Shown here piece after piece: positions 1-11,904 of a DNA stretch of 64,000 bases. The stretch's first letter is position 1; each line of letters starts with the position of its first letter. A program made the translations under genes and the position numbers. The notes beneath the pieces are model-generated. The model ran no database searches, was not told the DNA's origin, and was given only the letters and a program-made list of their open reading frames with translations. The stretch is from the NCBI GenBank assembly GCA_002269645.1, contig NIVC01000841.1:1-64000 (forward strand). The letters run 5' to 3'. Source of the DNA: Macrostomum lignano. Taxonomy: Eukaryota.

Positions 1-547
1 ACAGGTGATGAAGCCTGGTTCCATCAGTACGACCGCCAACTAAATCACAGTCGATGGTTTGGTCACTCAAAGGAGCCCACTCCCAAAAGGCGAAGCGGGT
101 GAGGTCAGCTGGGAAAATCATGTTCGCAATTTTCTTCTCGCCAGAGGCATCGTGGGCTCAGTGCCTGTTGAGCAAGGCCGCACTGTGACCTCTGATTGGT
201 ACGTGACCATGCAGCTGCTTGCCCGCTGTGTTCAATTCCATCGCAACTGGCCAGCAGCGCAGGCTGGCAAATTTCAGAAAATCAAGCAGAGCTGCTGCGT
301 GGAAAGTTGTTTGAGACTCATGATGAGCTGATTTCTGCTGCTGTGAGTGAGCAGCTCAACTCCATTGAAAAAGCTGATTTTAGGGGTTGCTTTGATAGCT
401 GGCTGCAGCGCATGCGAACGTGCATAGAAATTTGTGGCGATTACGTTGAGAGATCAGATTGAGATGCTCATTAATGTGTCGCAACCCGCTTTTTGATATC
501 TGCTTGCTTTCTGTCACTTTCTACGAACTTTTGAAATACCCCTCGTA
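1..547 (+). mobile_element. Mariner (Tc1/mariner) DNA transposon, 3' part; internally deleted and frameshifted transposase plus right TIR
   Basis: Frame 1 reads TGDEAWFHQYD (first catalytic D motif, like TGDExWxxxYD). A second frame gives LRGKLFETHDELI...WLQRMRTCIEICGDYVE (mariner C-terminus). The HDNA/SPDLAP segment is absent. The end ...CTTTTGAAATACCCCTCG-TA (to 547) reads TACGAGGGGTATTTCAAAAG on the other strand, a mariner-type TIR with TA. Confidence 0.85.
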
Positions 548-1378
548 ATTGTAGAGCTTGTTCCGATCGGGGATGAAGAGCTGTCTCGAGCCCTCTCTCT
601 TGCCAACGACTGAGGGGCAGACAAAACCCCACTATAACAGTGGCAATTTGGGCGGAGCAGCTCAGCAACGAACACGTCTTGACTTTCACGCTCTTGTGGT
701 TTGTAATTTTTGTCTCATGGCCCGGGGACTTCCCTGAGGTTCATAATTGCACAAGGGCCAGCCCTCAAAGGCACAGAAAGTGTACATATCAGACTACTTT
801 GCGAAAGTAAGCGCCGCTGTATACACTCTATATGTGAGCCGTGTGCATGAGTCATTCAGAAGATGAAAGAAGTTGTTCAGCCCGAGGGATGCTGCATTTT
901 CGAATTTGCTGTGCTCGAATTTGTGTTACTCTACCAATAACGCATTTTGATATTTAGCCATAAATTTTTAGGAATCAAATATATGGCATAATTTTAAAAG
1001 CACGAGAAATTAGAAAATTTGATCTATTCTTAGATGCAATAAAAATAAGTTCTAGACACGATTTCAAAATACACTGTTTGGACGTATTTTGGGCAGCACT
1101 CGTAATAAGACAAAGACATAACTATTACAAAGAGAACTTTCAAACCAAAACTTGATTTATTGGATTTAGTTTATTGTTCTCTCAGTCCAGGAACATGCAG
1201 CTAACCGGAGATTTCAGGATCGATTCGTTCAGTGCAAAAAAATCAAAAGACAGACAGGTTTAAACTTCATTAAATCAAAACGCAATTTCTTGCTTGTAGT
1301 TATTAAAGTGTGTTAGATTTCACTGCGATTGCCCAATCTGTCGCTATCCTCGATCTCTCGCTCTCTCTATTCGCGGCT

Positions 1379-1739
1379 TTAAGTTGACCAGGTGCAGAAC
1401 TTACTCAGACACGGGGTGACGCTCGCTTGGAGCGACGCTCCACAATCGGACCTGGCGCGTGTTGGTGCCATTGGAAAACCAGCTGGATTCTCGGCGGCGT
1501 TCCAGGGACGATTTTAGATGGATCGAAGTGCTCCTCGAACTGCCTCTGCTGCTGCTGCTCACGCTGGAGCATCTTCTCCTCGATGAGCAGTCGACGCATC
1601 AGCTGAACGAGCTCTGCTTGGTCGTCGGTCTCGAAAATGTGTCGTTCGATGGCGACTTGAAAGGCCGAGCGTTCACGGCTTGATAACAGATGGACGACAG
1701 GAGAACGAGCAGGACAATGGGACCAGCTGCTGCTCTCAT
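1379..1739 (-). pseudogene. Copy 1 of secreted prepropeptide (urotensin II/somatostatin-like), four 1-bp indels; corrected C-terminus PCLSKFCTWST*
   Basis: High nucleotide identity to copies at 3547-3903 and 6262-6618. Indels near 1425 (-1), 1458 (+1), 1512 (-1) and 1644 (-1). Could be long-read error rather than true decay. Confidence 0.75.
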
Positions 1740-1913
1740 GGTGACCAGAGTCTGAAACAGGTGAAACGTACCTGTAAAATGTCACGGCAAACCCATACGG
1801 CTACTGGCAGTTGCAGTAATAACGGTTCGTAACTTACCGATTGGGTTTCTTTAAGAAGTGCGTGTTAATCAGAAAATTGTGTAGGCGAATTTGTTAAGCG
1901 CCTAAAACAACTG

Positions 1914-1965
1914 TATTTATAGACAATAAGCTTAGCCAATGGCGCCAGAGCGCGTTGGTGGGCCG
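1914..1965 (-). promoter_or_regulatory. Conserved promoter of peptide copy 1 (TATA box plus upstream CCAAT-containing block); equivalents at 4083-4130 and 6780-6835
   Basis: TATAAATA and the block AGCCAAT(G/A)GCGCCAGAGCGCGTTGGTGG are kept in all three copies while the flanks diverge. Confidence 0.7.
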
Positions 1966-3546
1966 GCGCAAGTAGGCGTTGTCCTGATAAATTATTTTTT
2001 AGCCACAGACTTTCCACTTTTTTATTAACTGATGGACAGATAATTGAAAATTTTCAACAGCTTTTACACTGATTATCGAGCCATTTCATTTTTTCGTTAT
2101 TTAATTTTTTATCAGCTTGAAAAAAACTAAGAGAAAGCATCAAATCGACGCATCTGTCGCTCTGAACTTTGTAAGTCAATTAAGTCAATTGATGGTCGTC
2201 ATTTTTTAATTTACCAATATAGTAAAATTGGGAAAATTTAAAATTAAATTGGTAAAATAGTAAAATTTAAAAAAATGTTTTTTTCCAATTACATAATGCG
2301 CAATGGAATTATCGTCATTATTATTAGTTAGTTACCAATTTTTATCGCTTCTATGTGGTTTTTCAAGTCCATACCAAGACGACAACCGACTACTCGTAGA
2401 GGGCCAATCAGATACTGTCGTACACAATTTAAGCGACTGCTGCGTCGGGTTCCACAAGTGCATCCTGTGACGGAATATGTCGCTGGATTCACACCGTCTT
2501 GATAGAATCGCAAGCGCGCTCGATGGGATTATTCCTTGTAAATCTCTGGAATCTGGACGTTTTGAAGGCCCAATTTTAGATTCGAACGAAGGCAATTCAA
2601 TTCTCGGCTCGGCCATGACACACGAGGGAAATTTAATAAGCTATCAAGATTGATATCAGGATGGGAGTACATGCTTGCTGCTTTAAACACCTTTATTCCG
2701 CAGAAGCCAGACTTGGCTTTTTACATGTTCATGGGGACTAACGTATAATCCATTATGCTAAAAATTGTTTGTCGGTAGGTAGGTATCTATCTATCTATGT
2801 TTGTGATCGATTAGAGAAAAATATAATGCTAAAGTTGGACTGTTAAATAGTATCCATGCCAGGTGTCACCGACGCGATGGGATACTTAAAGGCTGAGCGC
2901 CGTGATAACTGCTGAATTGGAAAAAAGCGGCGACCCTGGGGCGCGCCTGAGAGCAGAAACATCCCACCGGTGAATTTGTGTTTTCTTGTCTTTGGATGGT
3001 TCAAGGCCGCAATTACTCATACTCATGCATACATGTGCATCATCACCAGAGTGGTTAAAATTATAGTTCATCGATTGTCAGCAAAGCGCTGCATATTCAG
3101 GGTGCCAGCACATGTACATCTACTATGGCTCGATACGTACAGTCTAAACGCATTGAAATGCAAAATTCTGAGCTACATCTAGTCTATACGATAGAGAATT
3201 AAGTCAAAAAATGAAAAAATATCAAACCACTGTTTGCGATCTCGCTACGAGCGAATTAAGCAAGACAATATGCTACCAAGAGTTTTTCTGTCCCAAGATG
3301 TAATAAAGGATTTATTTGAAGCCATTACCGATAAGATCGATAAAACTTGGCCACAAAAGGCCAAAATAGGGGATTTCTGGAAAGAAAATTTGCACGATTT
3401 TTTTATTGAGCGGGGACATTCGACTCTATAACTTTATGATCAATTAGTTAAAATTAAAAGACAGGTGGGTTCAGCACTAGCTAAGATAAGTTTGTTAGAC
3501 TTCACTTCGAGTGCCCGATCTTTCTGAGCTTTCGGAGGCTCCAAGC

Positions 3547-3903
3547 TTAATAGGTGCAAAACTTCAGCAGACACGGGGTGACGCTCGGCTTGGAGCGACG
3601 CTCCACAATCGGGCCTGGCGGTGTTGGTGCCATTGGAAAATCAGCTGGATTCTCGGCGGCGTTCCAGGGACGATTTTTAGATGGATCGAAGTGCTCCTCG
3701 AACTGCCTCTGCTGCTGCTGCTCACGCTGGAGCATCTTCTCCTCGATGAGCAGTCGACGCATCAGCTGAACGAGCTCTGCTTGGTCGTCGGTCTCGAAAA
3801 TGTATCGGTTCGATGGCGACTTGAAAGGTCGAGCGTTCACGGCTTGATAACAGATGGCCGACAGGAGAACGAGCAGGACAATGGGACCAGCTGCTGCTCT
3901 CAT
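3547..3903 (-). CDS. Copy 2 of secreted prepropeptide, 118 aa: signal peptide, acidic/Gln-rich pro-region, RR site, mature SKPSVTPCLLKFCTY
   Basis: Hydrophobic N-terminus MRAAAGPIVLLVLLSAICYQAVNA, then dibasic ERR and a C-terminal six-residue disulfide ring. 5'UTR intron 3916-4003 (GTAAGT...TTTCAG) and TATAAATA at 4083-4090. Confidence 0.85.
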   Translation of the reverse strand: MRAAAGPIVLLVLLSAICYQAVNARPFKSPSNRYIFETDDQAELVQLMRRLLIEEKMLQREQQQQRQFEEHFDPSKNRPWNAAENPADFPMAPTPPGPIVERRSKPSVTPCLLKFCTY

Positions 3904-4989
3904 GGTGACCAGAGTCTGAAACAGGTGAAACGTACCGATTCAGAACGACATGAGAAACACATACGGCTACTGGCAGTTGCAGCAGTAACTGTTCGTAACT
4001 TACCGATTGGGTTTTTCAAGAAGGGTGCTAGTCTGGAAATTGGAAATTGTGCTAGCAATTTTGCAAGCTCGTAAAACAGTTGTATTTATAGACAATTAGC
4101 TTAGCCAATAGCGCCAGAGCGCGTTGGTGGACTGGCAGGTGGGCGTTTTCCAGAAAAATTATCTTTGTTTGAGATCTAGTCGAATGGTAGCTAATTGATT
4201 TATAAGTGCTTGTTAATTGGATTTTTTTAGCGACATGATTTTTCTCATTGCCTACATTTTTATTAGCTTGGAAATGGAAAAATTAAGAGAAAGCATGATA
4301 TCGATGCATTTAATTGTAGTTGGTACTACATAAGTCGACGATGCAGTAATTCGATGCTTTTCTGTCTGTCTAGTCCGGTTCATATGAGCTTCAGATGCCT
4401 CACTGAAGTTTCTGTAGGTCCATTTATCTGAATCGCACTGGCCCGAAGAAGGAGAACTGTTGTATTTAAGAATCTGCGCGCCATTCAGCAGAGGCCATTG
4501 AGAGGTCGAGTGTACGTCTGCGCGGGCTTGTCCACAATGTGTGGTCTCTTGACAGTTTTTCTAGGTTGCAGGTACGTGTCGTCTATATCTGTACATGTAA
4601 ACGCGCACCGCGAGCATTTGCAGAGTGGGTAAAATATTTATTTGATCAATCATGAGCGATGTGCTGAACGGTAGATCATCCTGTTGGCGGGCGGTTTTTC
4701 AAGGCGTGGTTTTAGAGTCAGTCTTGTGGTGTCCCTGGCTGTGGACTGACTTGCTGTGGAGGGATATTTTCTGGAAGTTCAGAGACTCATCGAAGAGGCA
4801 ATTCCGGCTAATTTACGGTTGCTCAATTTGGAGCTTGGTGCTTAGCACGACGTGGCACCCCTAAAACCGACATCAGTGTTCTGTACTGTTCTGAGCACCT
4901 CCTGGTTGTCTCGAAAGTCTTGATGACCGATTGGCTAGGACTCAGTGGTAGACATTGGATACGATACGCGGGCCACAAAAAGTACACAA

Positions 4990-5260
4990 AAATTAAAAAT
5001 GTCTGTTTCTCAAAGTCGATGCAAATTTAGGGAGATGACTGGTGCGCTTCTTATCAAGGAAAACCATGCTTCGCGTCTATTTTTAGCCTGCACGTTCGCC
5101 TTCAATTGGCCGACGAGCGGATAGTCATTCGCAGGCTTAAATGCCATATATCCGCAATCACACAGAATACAGGCGACTCGGCGGGCTGCATGCAATGAAA
5201 AAATTGGAAAGAGGGCTTCGGGCCACACAGAAATGGCCTGTGGACCTCAGGTTGGGGACC
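4990..5260 (-). pseudogene. Possible decayed NADAR-domain fragment
   Basis: Two frames give HFCVARSPLSNFF...LYSV and GYMAFKPANDY...QAK, resembling NADAR SPLSNFY...Y.S.E.YxxAxK. Broken and weak. Confidence 0.3.
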
Positions 5261-5679
5261 CCTGCAGGGCTAGGTCCTAGAAGAATTGGCATCGGCAACT
5301 CATGCGACAGTAGGAGGCGACGTTTCCTGGACGCTTGGGGAAGTCGAGTCTGCGATCGATGACTGGGCGATAGTAAAACAAGTATCAAGTTATGCTTCCC
5401 TTAATTAATGAAGCCTCATCCGCAAACTGGAGTGGTACTGACACCTTAACTTCTGACATTGTTAGGGGTTAAAATCAAAGCTAAAGTAAAGCTGAAGGTG
5501 ATCATTCCGTAAACTGCACTCATTGCGTCTGGTTTTGTCTGTAGTTTTAGATTGCCGGTTGTTTGCTCAGCAACATGCTTTTAAGTCAGACTATTTGAAA
5601 TAACGATTAGCGAGAAAGGCCTCTCTTTGTCTAGGCGGTAACTCGAGGTTCGTAATTTTCTAAACAGAAAGCTTTCTGA

Positions 5680-5890
5680 ATGTCAATAGAGCAATAAGAA
5701 AGGCAGGACATATCGAAAGAGGAACACTGGATCTCTCCTCTATTAAAAACAATAACAATTTTTGTGCTGAAAAATGAGAACTTCCTATCTTTGTAATGTA
5801 TTTTTTACATGTCTCCTAAAACCTGTCTCCTAAAATTTTCCAAGAAGCGTATAGTTCCCGTCCTTCTACTTGAGTAGCCTTCGGTACATG
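5680..5890. mobile_element. One arm of a dispersed foldback/MITE family (also 11190-11650 and 21550-21790)
   Basis: Shared sequence TCAATAGAGCAATAAGAAAGGC...CTCCT(C)TAT..AAAGCAATAACAATTT.TGTGCTGAAAAA...CTTCCTATCT. Confidence 0.6.
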
Positions 5891-6261
5891 AGCCAGCTAG
5901 CTATACATGCAGGGCTATTTGCAGTGAACCATGCAGTTTGTACAGTGAAGAACTGAGTAAAAAATAATTTAAATCAAACAACTTTTTGCATCTCGCATGC
6001 AGTCTCTAGAATTCAGCGAGAAAATGCATATGAGCTTCAAAGTCTCTGAAGCTGTATTAAATTTATTATTTTAAATCGTCAAACGTAAAACCGATGAAGT
6101 GTTGCCGCGAAAGACATTAAAATATAGGATTTTCGAACAAAAGCTGGCGGAATTTTTTATTTATTGCCCTCATTTGTTTGGGACATTCAGCTAATCGCAT
6201 AATTTTAGGATCGATTGATTCAAAGAGAAAAGATCGACGTGAGCTCTCCGCCGATCCAAGT

Positions 6262-6618
6262 TTACCAGGTGCAAAACTTCAGCAGACACGGGGTGACGCT
6301 CGGCTTGGAGCGACGCTCCACAATCGGGCCTGGCGGTGTTGGTGCCATTGGAAAACCAGCTGGATTCTCGGCGGCGTTCCAGGGACGATTTTTAGATGGA
6401 TCGAAGTGCTCCTCGAACTGCCTCTGCTGCTGCTGCTCACGCTGGAGCATCTTCTCCTCGATGAGCAGTCGACGCATCAGCTGAACGAGCTCTGCTTGGT
6501 CGTCGGTCTCGAAAATGTGTCGGTTCGATGGCGACTTGAAAGGCCGAGCGTTCACGGCTTGATAACAGATGGCCGACAGGAGAACGAGCAGGACAATGGG
6601 ACCAGCTGCTGCTCTCAT
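6262..6618 (-). CDS. Copy 3 of secreted prepropeptide, 118 aa, mature SKPSVTPCLLKFCTW
   Basis: Intact ORF from the ATG at 6618. The upstream in-frame extension in the ORF track lies in the 5'UTR intron 6631-6704. TATAAATA at 6780-6787. Confidence 0.85.
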   Translation of the reverse strand: MRAAAGPIVLLVLLSAICYQAVNARPFKSPSNRHIFETDDQAELVQLMRRLLIEEKMLQREQQQQRQFEEHFDPSKNRPWNAAENPAGFPMAPTPPGPIVERRSKPSVTPCLLKFCTW

Positions 6619-7529
6619 GGTGACCAGAGTCTGAAACAGGTGAAACGTACCTGTAAAATGTAACGGCAAACCCATACGGCTCCTAATAACGGTTCGTAAC
6701 TTACCGGTTGGGTTTTTTCAAAAAGCGATGTTTATTTGGATATTGTGTAAGCGAATACTGTCAAGCTTTTAAAAGTGTGTATTTATAGACAATTCGAGTA
6801 AGCTTAGCCAATAGCGCCAGAGCGCGTTGGTGGGTCGGCAGGTGGGCGTTTTTCCGATAAATTTGATTATTCTTTTATTTTGCATGTAGACTCACCTCCA
6901 CTTGCTTTGAAAAAGTGCTTTCAGATATTTGTGATTTTCAAGTGTTTTTCAACGGATTTAATCGCGACTTCTATAGAATTTTTCGTTTCCAAAATTGATT
7001 TTCATCTTTTAAAATTAAGAGAAATTGGATCGAAGCGCAGTGAAATCACAGATGTTCTATGTTACATTTATGATGCAACTGAAGCAGAAGGTTGCGCTAC
7101 AACTCGAGTTTTCTTAGAAAAGACCCGGACGCCGTTGATGAACGCGTATTTTCCGTATCGTCATTGCATTTATGTGGGATTCTGAGAAACTCAGACAAAC
7201 TGAGTGAAAAAAAATCCACGTTAGAAAAATTAGATTTTTCGAGAGCACACTGCAGCAATGAATACGCAGTAATTCCGAGTATTTTTATTCCATAGTTGTT
7301 CATGCACCGACGATAATGATTAAGTCATGCGAGAGTGTCTATTGAAATTAAAATTTTATTTATAGAATGTTGATTCATTTTTTGTCTAGAGCATACTGAC
7401 AGAAAGGACGCTTTGTCTGCGTGGATGCCGCTTTTAGGCAATGTGTCTGTCTTCTACAGAAACCATTTGCAATGAAATGTCTATAGATGTCTATATGTCT
7501 ATATGCCTGTATAAATGCATCTATAGTTT

Positions 7530-7760
7530 AACTCTACTATCCCTATTGATGATCTATAGTCAAGCACCGCTATCCCTATTGAGGATCTATAGATAAGCAC
7601 TGCTATCCCTATAGAGGATCTATAGTCAAGCACCGCTATCCCTATTGAGGATCTATAGATAAGCACCGCTATCCCTATTGATGATCTATAGATAAGCACC
7701 GCTATCCCTATTGAGGATCTATAGATAAGCACTGCTATCCCTATTGAGGATCTATAGATG
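7530..7760. repeat. 33-bp minisatellite, about 7 copies
   Basis: Unit CTATCCCTATTGAGGATCTATAGATAAGCACCG. Confidence 0.9.
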
Positions 7761-7992
7761 TGCCGTACACCCATGTCTGAATACAAACCTGTGTGAGAAA
7801 TTTCCCCATGCAGACATATCAGCCGAATTAGGGTTTCGCGTCCCGGATGTATTCAACGCGACAGGCTGCTGGACTGACAGGGCGAACAAAGACAGGGACA
7901 GGGACAAAGACTAAGACAGAGACAGGGGCAGGAATCGAAGGAATTTAAACTGTAGAGGTCGCAAACCTAAGGGATGCCGATATGCCTATATT

Positions 7993-8226
7993 TGGTCTCT
8001 TGGTTGGCGCCCCTGTCTCTTGGTAGGCGCCCCTGTCTCTTGGTAGGCGCCCCTCTCTCTTGGTAGGCGCCCCTGTCTCTTGGTTGGCGCCCCTGTCTCT
8101 TGGTAGGCGCCCCTGTCTCTTGGTAGGCGCCCCTGTCTCTTGGTAGGCGCCCCTGTCTCTTGGTAGGCGCCCCTGTCTCTTGGTAGGCGCCCCTGTCTCT
8201 TGGTAGGCGCCCCCTGTCTCTTGGTG
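7993..8226. repeat. 20-bp GGCGCC-core minisatellite
   Basis: Unit GGCGCCCCTGTCTCTTGGTA; same family as 46645-47640. Confidence 0.95.
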
Positions 8227-9179
8227 TCTCATGCTTGGCATCAACCACATCTGTCAACCACATCACTACCATGTGAGCGAACTTAAAAGAATATTAATTT
8301 GCGTTTCGAGTTTTTCTGAAGCATGCATTGAAATGCAGAGACATGAAAATTCATAGTCTTTGATTTTGCCGAAACTCAATTAGTTTTGACTTTTGTCTGT
8401 CCATTTCTATTTTTAAAACTTCAATGGTTTTTATTTCGTCAATGAGGTTTGAATTTATTAAATCAATTAATAATTGTTATAGCTTTCCGGGTATTTTAGA
8501 TAGTACTTTATTGTAGTTTATTTAATTACGATTCCGGATTGCGTTGCTTTGCTTGTTACCATAGCAACGGAAACCTGTCAGAGATGCTAGCTCCCCAAAT
8601 CTCTGACTAAAATTTATTTATTAGAAAATTTATGTTTTTTTTCTACAAGCTACAATTCTTGTCAGGATTTCTGATTTGAGAGCATATTTAGAGGTCGAAA
8701 CCGTGTGGCGCCATCTAATGGGGAGAGTGTCATTGTAAACATGAACTATGCTGGGGGGCGCCAGTAGTAAGGGGCGCCACACCCAGGGACTACTTAGTAG
8801 TCGCTGGCCACACCCTTAATCACAAGCCAGCACAGGGCGCCCTAGTCTTTGCCTTGACGTAAGCAATAGCGAAAAAAGAGCGTGTATTGGTACACGCATA
8901 GCCTGTAGAAGTGGAATTTAATTAGTTTAATTTTGCCAATCCGCTAAAACAAAGGCAATGCCATATTGGTTCTAAATTAAAAACTCTGCATAAAAAATCT
9001 ATTGCGTGCATATATTTTTCTTTTGTTTAGTGTCTGAAAGGTTGTGCTATTGATAGATTTTCCATTGGCAATGAAATGAGAAGAGAAAATCTCTGAATAT
9101 GATATTGAGCAATTGGGACTAGCGATCTAGACCCCCATTAGAGAGGCCTATAGATTTTTGGACTATCCATATTACAATT

Positions 9180-10490
9180 CTAGACCTAATGAAATAGCAG
9201 GTCTATAGATCATATAAACTATCAAGTCTATAGATCGTATAGACTACCAAGTCTATAGATCGTATGGACTATCAAAGTCTATAGATCATATAAACTGGAC
9301 TATCAGGTATACTTATCTTATGAACTATCAAGTCTATAGATCATATGGACCATCAAGTCAATATATCATATGGATAATCAATTCTATAGATCATATGGAA
9401 TATTACGTCTATAGATCTTATGGACCAGCAAGTCTATAGATCCTATGGATTATCAGGCCTATGGATCTTGTGAACTACTAAGTTTAGAATCATTTGGTCT
9501 ATCAAGTCTATAGATCATGTGCAATTCTATAGATCATGCGGACTATCAAGTCTATAGATCATGTGGACTATCAATTCGATAGATCATGTGGACTGTCAAT
9601 TCGATAGATCATGTGGACTGTCAATTCGATAGATCATGTGGACTATCAATTCGATAGATCATGTGGACTGTCAATTCGATAGATCATGTGGACTGTCAAT
9701 TCGATAGATCATGTGGACTATCAATTCTATAGATCATGTGGACTATCAATTCTATAGATCATGTGGACTATCAATTAGATAGATCATGTGGACTGTCAAT
9801 TCGATAGATCATGTGGACTATCAATTCTATAGATCATGTGGACTATCAATTCTATAGATCATGTGGACTGTCAATTCGATAGATCATGTGGACTGTCAAT
9901 TCGATAGATCATGTGGACTATCAATTCGATAGATCATGTGGACTGTCAATTCGATAGATCATGTGGACTATCAATTCGATAGATCATGTGGACTGTCAAT
10001 TCGATAAATCATGTGGACTATTAATTCGATAGATCATGTGGACTATCAATTCTATAGATCATGTGGACTATCAATTCTATAGATCATGTGGACTGTCAAT
10101 TCGATAGATCATGTGGACTGTCAATTCGATAGATCATGTGGACTGTCAATTCGATAGATCATGTGGACTGTCAATTCGATAGATCATGTGGACTATTAAT
10201 TCGATAGATCATGTGGACTATCAATTCTATAGATCATGTGGACTATCAATTCTATAGATCATGTGGACTGTCAATTCGATAGATCATGTGGACTATCAAG
10301 TCCATAGATCATGTGGACTATCAATTCTATAGATCATGTGGACTATCAAGTCTGTAGATCATGTGGATAATCAATCTATAGATCATGTGGACTGTCAATT
10401 CGATAGATCATGTGGACTGTCAATTTTATAGATCATGTGGACTGTCAATTCTATAGATCTTATGGACTATCGATTCTACCGATTTTAAAT
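9180..10490. repeat. 25-bp minisatellite with degenerate left flank
   Basis: Unit ATAGATCATGTGGACT(A/G)TCAATTC(G/T). Confidence 0.95.
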
Positions 10491-11189
10491 GGGCCATCAG
10501 GCCTTTAGATTATAATTAGAGATTTAATATATTGTTATGGATTATTATACTAAGTCTGTAGATCCCAATACTGAGATTAGAATAGAAGATGGACAAGCGG
10601 CTCAAATAGAGCTTTCTACACTGAATGCAAGAAAAGTATCAAAATCAGCAGTTAATCTGGAAAATTCCCCGCCAAGACAAAGGCAATTATGGCAATAGAA
10701 GGCATTTTTTGTCAGACGAAAGGCTGGATACGAGTAGAGGCTTCTGTTCGCATGGATGCGCGCTGTTTTGTTAAAGTGAAGTGATTAAATATTAAATTAA
10801 AAAGCTTAATATATCAAACTGGGAAATAAATGCTGTGGAAAAATCCTAAAAGCTCTGCATTTTAATTCAAGCAGAAATAGAATTGCATAAATTTGCTTTT
10901 TTTCCCCGTCTGCAGACTGGCTGCTCCAGTGTTGCTGCTCTCTAGTGATTGTTTTCTCACTTTAGCCGTCTGCAGTTCGAGTATAGGCGACAACCCCCCC
11001 CCCCCAGGTAAAGCTAGTTATCTATGCGTGGGCGGATATTGCTAATTGTTATACTGTTTTTTTTATTTTACTAAATGGTTTTCGAGAAACGAGACGGAGC
11101 AATGTCGCCATTCAAGTGCCATAGATATTGACCTTATAGTGTATTTTTGGGAATTTTTATGATGTTTATTACTAATGTGTAGCTTAATT

Positions 11190-11650
11190 AGTACCAAAGG
11201 ACTACCTAAAGAAAAAATACACTGCGGAGATGGCAAGTTTTCATTTTTTCAACACAAAGATTGTTATTGCTTTTGATAGAGGGGAGACCCAGTGTTCATC
11301 TTTTGATATGTTGTGCATTTTTTAGCTCTATTGATTTTTATAATCTTTTCGTTTAGAATATTAGAATACCATGTCAATTTTTTATTCTACGAACATTTCA
11401 TTTACCTAAAATCGTTAAAAAACAACCTTAGAATCATAATTTTCTAAACGAAAAGATTTATAAATATCAATAGAGCAATAAGAAAGGCGCAACATGTAAT
11501 TCAAAGGTGAACATACGTAGAATCTTTTCGTTCAGATTCTATGTTTGCCTCCTATCAAAAGCAATAGCAATTTTTGTGTTGAAAAATCTCCGTAGTGTAT
11601 TTTTCGGCGAAAACCAGCCTCATTAACATCTACTTTAGTAGTCCTTGCCT
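11190..11650. mobile_element. Foldback/MITE-like element with long imperfect inverted arms
   Basis: Left arm (AAGGACTAC...AATACACTGCGGAGAT...TCAACACAAAGATTGTTATTGCTTTTGATAG...GCTCTATTGA) is the imperfect reverse complement of the right arm (TCAATAGAGC...CTATCAAAAGCAATAGCAATTTTTGTGTTGA...ATCTCCGTAGTGTATT...GTAGTCCTT). Confidence 0.7.
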
Positions 11651-11671
11651 AGTACACCATATTTCACTGCC

Positions 11672-11775
11672 AACCTAACCCTAGACATAACCCTAACCCT
11701 AATCCTAACCTAACCCTAACCCTAACCCTAATCCTAACCTAACCCTAACCCTAACCCTAATCCTAATCCTAGCCC
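11672..11775 (-). repeat. Interstitial telomere-like (TTAGGG/TTAGGA/TTAGG)n tract
   Basis: Runs of CCCTAA, CCTAAT and CCTAA on the plus strand. Confidence 0.85.
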
Positions 11776-11904
11776 AAATTTGTGGTGTTAGGCAGCTGTG
11801 TGGTATTCTGGTATTTAATAATAACCATTTTGCAGGATGGTTGCATAATTGTCCATTTCGCTGACTCCTGAGCTGACATACAAGCGCTCCAATACTGTAC
11901 GAAG

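Noticed and set aside
1060-1104. Second mariner-like terminus (…GGGCAGCACTCG-TA)
   Set aside because: No partner TIR or transposase found, so the element cannot be delimited.
2328-2616. ORFs with a GCTCG cystine-knot-like motif
   Set aside because: The relevant frame has an upstream stop, and there is no signal peptide or clear splice sites.
11672-11775. True chromosome end
   Set aside because: Short, degenerate and flanked by unique sequence on both sides.
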